From positions 1-37,966 of the forward strand of contig JAPCJU010000001.1 of the NCBI GenBank assembly GCA_027886795.1: a stretch of DNA of 37,966 nt. Reading direction: 5' to 3'. Made by a program: the position numbers and the translations under genes. The notes under the pieces are model-generated. The model saw only the letters and a list, made by a program, of their open reading frames with translations. It did not search any database and was not told where the DNA came from. Every line of letters begins with the position of its first letter. The stretch's first letter is position 1. This DNA comes from Nitrososphaerota archaeon. Its GTDB lineage: Archaea > Thermoproteota > Nitrososphaeria > Nitrososphaerales > CADDZS01. Below, piece by piece: positions 34,483 to 37,966 of this stretch.

Positions 34483-35115
34483 TTGTCTATTTCGTCTCAG
34501 ATTTTCAATTTCGCACTGAGCCTAATAGTAAATTCCGGATACTCAGGGGTATTCGTTCTCATGGTGTTGGAGAGCGCAACACTTCCAGTTCCCAGTGAAG
34601 TCGTTTTACCCATTGCAGGATGGCTGGTGTCCAAGAACATACTGAACTTTTGGGTTGTCGTAATTGTCGCCTCGATAGGAAGTCTAATTGGTACTCTGAT
34701 CGATTACTCAATTGGTTATTATCTGGGTCGGGCAGCAATTTTGAGGTATGGTCGGATAGTCCGACTGAACGAGAATCACCTGAAAACCACTGAAAAGTGG
34801 TTTGCAAAGCATGGAGAGCTAATTGTGCTCTTAGCGAGATTTGTACCGTTGATCAGGACTCTTATTGCGTTCCCGGCTGGTATCGCGGAGATGAAGTTGT
34901 GGAAGTTTGTCTCCTTCTCGATTATTGGAATCGTTATCTGGGACGCGATCCTGATTTATCTCGGTGTACTGTTTGGACAGAATTACAATAGCATAGTCTC
35001 GACACTTTCTAACGCATTTACACTCGTTGAGATTCTTTCGGTAGTCGTAGCAATAATAGTTCTATATCTTTGGCTTAGGCGGAAGGCGCCTCAGAAAGAA
35101 AAGGCGCAGCCCTAA
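34483..35115 (+). CDS. dedA: DedA-family membrane protein
   Basis: GVFVLMVLESATLPVPSEVVLPIAGWLV ... FVPLIRTLIAFPAGIAEM is the characteristic DedA/SNARE-associated pattern. Confidence 0.85.
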   Translation: MSISSQIFNFALSLIVNSGYSGVFVLMVLESATLPVPSEVVLPIAGWLVSKNILNFWVVVIVASIGSLIGTLIDYSIGYYLGRAAILRYGRIVRLNENHLKTTEKWFAKHGELIVLLARFVPLIRTLIAFPAGIAEMKLWKFVSFSIIGIVIWDAILIYLGVLFGQNYNSIVSTLSNAFTLVEILSVVVAIIVLYLWLRRKAPQKEKAQP

Positions 35116-35836
35116 AGGGAGTTTCCGAACTATTCTCGATCTGCCTCACGATGTAAAATACGTAAATTGTCACAGCGAGAACTGTCGTACTGAGTTTGGT
35201 TGCAAATACGAGGTTCCACGGTGTTTTCGGGTTTGGAAATTGATTGAGTAGAACGTCAGGGTTCAGAACGCCTAAAAGCGAATTCGTCGCAATCTCTGCA
35301 GTCCAGATGGCAAAATTGTAGAAGACCTCGTACGCTGCGAGCGCGATTCCAACAAATGCGATAAGCTTGATGAAAGACATTTGAGATTTTGTAAATTTCG
35401 CCATGTACGGCTTTGCGAGCTCAAATCCCGAGAAGGTGAGCGCGAGCGCTGCTATCATCAAATACGATACTGGTTTCGCGTAAATTGGAGAAAGCGAAGG
35501 CGGGGGAAATTCAAAGTCCACGAGGACTGCGCCCACTACGTTGATGTGTCCTGTCAGTTCAGCTACTATTCCATAGGATGAAATCACTAGAATCAGAGAC
35601 GAACATATGAGGACGACGATCTTGTGGATCGTGGCAAATCGGACGACGTCGAGCTCTTCCTCTTCGGTTTTGCCCCGTTCCCACTCGACGCTCGGTTGTT
35701 GCACTCCTAAGACACAGAAATCGAATCCCTTGGTGGTTAAAAAAATGTTCTGTAAAATCGAGTAGCGATCACTGTGAATTGACAAAAGCATCGAGAGAAT
35801 TTTTCCTCTCGGAATATTCTTTGTGCATTTTCTCAA
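35075..35836 (-). CDS. polytopic membrane protein, function unknown
   Basis: Several long hydrophobic segments (IVVLICSSLILVISSYGIV, YLMIAALALTFSGF, LIAFVGIALAAYEVF, TTVLAVTIYVFYIV). The true start is probably internal, because the track ORF overlaps the upstream gene. Confidence 0.5.
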   Translation of the reverse strand: MRKCTKNIPRGKILSMLLSIHSDRYSILQNIFLTTKGFDFCVLGVQQPSVEWERGKTEEEELDVVRFATIHKIVVLICSSLILVISSYGIVAELTGHINVVGAVLVDFEFPPPSLSPIYAKPVSYLMIAALALTFSGFELAKPYMAKFTKSQMSFIKLIAFVGIALAAYEVFYNFAIWTAEIATNSLLGVLNPDVLLNQFPNPKTPWNLVFATKLSTTVLAVTIYVFYIVRQIENSSETPFRAAPFLSEAPSA

Positions 35837-36173
35837 CCGACTTTCGATTTATTTTTCCTTTGTGTGGCACGAATCCGCCGCTGAATTTTGAAGGAATATG
35901 CATCAGCTCGTGGATGACAACCCTCTCTTTTTCAATTTGATCGAGTCGGTCGAACTCTTCTGAAATCACCTCGATGATATAGTGCGGCTTCAATCCCAGC
36001 GCGTCAAACCAAATTCTCCCCATCCCGTGGATTCTAGCCTGGACTCGCCTCGACCTGCTCCCGGTGCTCCTGTAAAAATGCAGTCTGTTTATGTCAATGT
36101 AATCCAAAGTAAGCGCCCTTACGACGAGGGCCGCCAGCTGTTCGACGTCAGGGGCTTTTTCGTAGGAAATCAA
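35769..36173 (-). CDS. small predicted zinc metallopeptidase (HExxH)
   Basis: VVIHELMHIP with a downstream H (FVPH). About 134 aa, resembling the small archaeal SprT/WLM-like predicted metallopeptidases. Confidence 0.55.
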   Translation of the reverse strand: MISYEKAPDVEQLAALVVRALTLDYIDINRLHFYRSTGSRSRRVQARIHGMGRIWFDALGLKPHYIIEVISEEFDRLDQIEKERVVIHELMHIPSKFSGGFVPHKGKINRKSVEKMHKEYSERKNSLDAFVNSQ

Positions 36174-36217
36174 TTATTCTCGCGGACAGATTTCCAGAGG
36201 ACCTTCGAAGATGAGAT

Positions 36218-37318
36218 CTAGTAGGTTGCGATGATATCTTTAAAGTCGGCTAACCTGACTTCGAGACCAAACCGATCTTCCATCTTCTTCATTTCCCGGT
36301 AGGTCTTCAGCATCAGAGGCAGGTGTCTCACCATGTTGAACTTTCCAGCGAATTTCAATTTGATAATATCGTAAACATAATTGAAATACTCGAACTTTTC
36401 CAGAACTGCTTTTCGGTACGACGGAAGATCGGTCAAATTCTTGCAAAGCAGGTCCGCGCATTGGAGACTAGGAATAATTCCTTCGCCCAAGAGCGGAAAC
36501 ACTGTCCCGATTGATTCTCCGCAACCTACCACGTTTCCGATATAGAACGGTTCACAGTACTTTGGTGGCGAGATTCTGATCGGTCTGCCTATTTTCTTGA
36601 TGAGTTTTCCCGGATTCTCCGAATTGAATTTGTCCAAGAATTCATTGTGGTGTTTGTTAAAATCTCCTGCGCCGACGTATGCTAGTCCGTCTTCAAGCGG
36701 GAAATACCAAAAGTACCCGCTAAGTCCTTCGAACGGTTTGATAAAGAAATCCTGGTACGGAGCATTCCCCTTTCCATAGTCAATTCTGTATTCAACGCAC
36801 GGCACCCACAGATCTTCCTTGACCTTGGGCAAGAATGCACGGTGGATGCTGGTACAGTCGATTATCATATCGTAATTCTCGTCCTTGAGCAGGGTGGGCG
36901 TAGCCTTCACGCCGAATTTGGCGTTCTTTCCCTTTGTTAGATCCACTTCGAGCTGGTGCTTGTCGTAAGTAACCAAACCGATAAGCGGAATCCGTCTGAA
37001 CTCCGGCTTTCCTGTATCGACGGCCATTTCCTTACCGTTAAACAGAACGTATTTTTCAAAATCGATTCCAAGGGGCTTCATCATTTTGTTCAATTCGTTC
37101 TTGGAGGTTCCCCATGCGCAGACCGCCTGGAATTCCCCTTCCTTCTGCATTTCATATCCGGTCACATCGTGCTCCTTGCTGAGACGATTGAGAAGGTAAC
37201 TTCCTGCAACTCCGAGACCGACGACCGCTATGCGCAAATTTGATTTCACTCTTGGGTAGAAAAGAAAACTAACGGAGTGTGTCTCTCGGTTGACGTATTT
37301 CTGCTTTTTAGATGGCAC
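36218..37318 (-). CDS. FAD-dependent oxidoreductase, geranylgeranyl-reductase family
   Basis: N-terminal dinucleotide fold IAVVGLGVAGSYLLNRL ... GYE. The size and internal GAGD/GCGESIG-type motifs fit the GGR family. Confidence 0.65.
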   Translation of the reverse strand: MPSKKQKYVNRETHSVSFLFYPRVKSNLRIAVVGLGVAGSYLLNRLSKEHDVTGYEMQKEGEFQAVCAWGTSKNELNKMMKPLGIDFEKYVLFNGKEMAVDTGKPEFRRIPLIGLVTYDKHQLEVDLTKGKNAKFGVKATPTLLKDENYDMIIDCTSIHRAFLPKVKEDLWVPCVEYRIDYGKGNAPYQDFFIKPFEGLSGYFWYFPLEDGLAYVGAGDFNKHHNEFLDKFNSENPGKLIKKIGRPIRISPPKYCEPFYIGNVVGCGESIGTVFPLLGEGIIPSLQCADLLCKNLTDLPSYRKAVLEKFEYFNYVYDIIKLKFAGKFNMVRHLPLMLKTYREMKKMEDRFGLEVRLADFKDIIATY

Positions 37319-37334
37319 CGCCCAAAGTTAAAAT

Positions 37335-37595
37335 ATGCTCCCGGCATGCGTTTCGATTTCGAGGAGTCACTTGTCTGAAACAGAATTCGGTCTTGCTGCC
37401 GTGTACCGAATAATCAAGAAATCAGGGGCCGAACGCGTCAGCGATGAAGCGGCAGAGGAACTGCGCCGTGTTGTTCAGAACCTTGCAAATCAGATCGCTA
37501 AAAGTGCAATTGAATTGTCACTTCATGCTGGCAGGCATACGGTGAAAGCTTCAGATATAAGGCTCGCCGCGAAGAATATTCTTGGCGGGCAATAA
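37335..37595 (+). CDS. archaeal histone (HMf-type histone fold)
   Basis: FGLAAVYRIIKKSGAERVSDEAAEELRRVVQNLANQIAKSAIELSLHAGRHTVKASDIRLAAKNI is a canonical archaeal histone fold. TTG 37371 is probably the real start (about 74 aa). Confidence 0.85.
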   Translation: MLPACVSISRSHLSETEFGLAAVYRIIKKSGAERVSDEAAEELRRVVQNLANQIAKSAIELSLHAGRHTVKASDIRLAAKNILGGQ

Positions 37596-37616
37596 TTTCA
37601 GATAGTGAAGATGAGC

Positions 37617-37771
37617 GCTCCGGTGGTGTAGCCCGGCCTTGATTTCGCTGAAAAGTCGGAATCTAACGGAAAAGCATAGTGGCCTCTCGTCCTAGAAATA
37701 TGGGAGATATTTCCCTTCGAAAAAGGTAAACTCCAGAGTCACTGACCCGGGTTCAAATCCCGGCCGGAGCA
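37617..37771 (+). tRNA. tRNA-Glu(CUC) with two intervening sequences
   Basis: Acceptor GCTCCGG/CCGGAGC with discriminator A. Anticodon stem GTGGC/GTCAC and loop CT-CTC-G...A, with the anticodon at 37686-37688. A 47-nt intron lies at the canonical 37/38 site (37690-37736) and an insertion of about 33 nt in the D loop (about 37639-37671). T arm CCGGG-TTCAAAT-CCCGG. Confidence 0.75.
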
Positions 37772-37772
37772 C

Positions 37773-37778
37773 TTTTTT
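37773..37778 (+). terminator. oligo-T termination signal after tRNA-Glu
   Basis: T6 run starting 2 nt after the discriminator base. Archaeal RNA polymerase terminates at oligo-T tracts. Confidence 0.35.
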
Positions 37779-37896
37779 CATCGTTCAAAGATTACAATTT
37801 TCAATAAAGCCAAAGAGTGCAACCAAGTTGTTGTCAGGACGAATTTAATTTATTGTGCCTTGTGCCTTTATTCTTGATGGAGGCGATTAAGCGAAG

Positions 37897-37966
37897 TTGT
37901 TCTGTCCTTACTGTGGCAGAGCAACTGAGGAGGGAGCCAACTTTTGTGGGAATTGTGGCAGATCGC
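37897..37966 (+). CDS. zinc-ribbon protein, 5' part only (runs off the window)
   Basis: TTG 37897 follows an in-frame TAA and reads LFCPYCGRATEEGANFCGNCGRS, a classic C-x2-C ... C-x2-C zinc ribbon. Confidence 0.4.
   Translation, partial: MFCPYCGRATEEGANFCGNCGRS

Noticed and set aside
1-37966. Search for CRISPR arrays or other regularly spaced direct repeats
   Set aside because: I found no repeat-spacer periodicity anywhere by eye. The only local repeat cluster is the short AT-rich one at 26165-26258, which I treat as a candidate operator.

Overview
Archaeal chromosomal fragment. Evidence: an HMf-type histone, two tRNA genes with intervening sequences, a geranylgeranyl-reductase-family gene, many TTG/GTG starts, and secreted proteins rich in N-x-S/T sequons. 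G+C is roughly 40% by eye. From left to right: (1) 1-3.2 kb has secreted or hypothetical genes and an IS630-family transposase remnant. (2) 3.4-12.1 kb has an ABC-2 exporter, a ParB-fold HTH protein and two consecutive TldD-like/PmbA-like pairs. An unannotated 52-codon ORF with 10 cysteines (9193-9351) lies between the pairs. I rate this the most interesting locus, as a candidate peptide-maturation system. (3) 12.1-22.4 kb has an Lpd-like flavoprotein plus a GcvH-like protein, a decayed UDG-like gene, a frameshifted PD-(D/E)xK nuclease-like gene with a zinc-finger neighbour, a GNAT, a STAND/TPR NTPase, a Ddl-like ATP-grasp enzyme and an O-methyltransferase. (4) 22.4-34.3 kb is an accessory block. 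It holds a two-gene operon (TIR-like + P-loop NTPase with an uncharacterised partner) that I rate the second candidate novel system, for defence. It also holds an AbiEi/AbiEii-like pair, an orphan JAB protease, about 1 kb of gene debris, secreted proteins, and a G+C-rich tyrosine integrase next to an intron-bearing tRNA. (5) 34.4-38 kb has DedA, a membrane protein, an HExxH peptidase, a GGR-family oxidoreductase, a histone, tRNA-Glu(CUC) and a partial zinc-ribbon gene. Several genes are split across frames, which could be real decay or assembly indels. All functional calls rest on motifs read by eye. No database search was possible.
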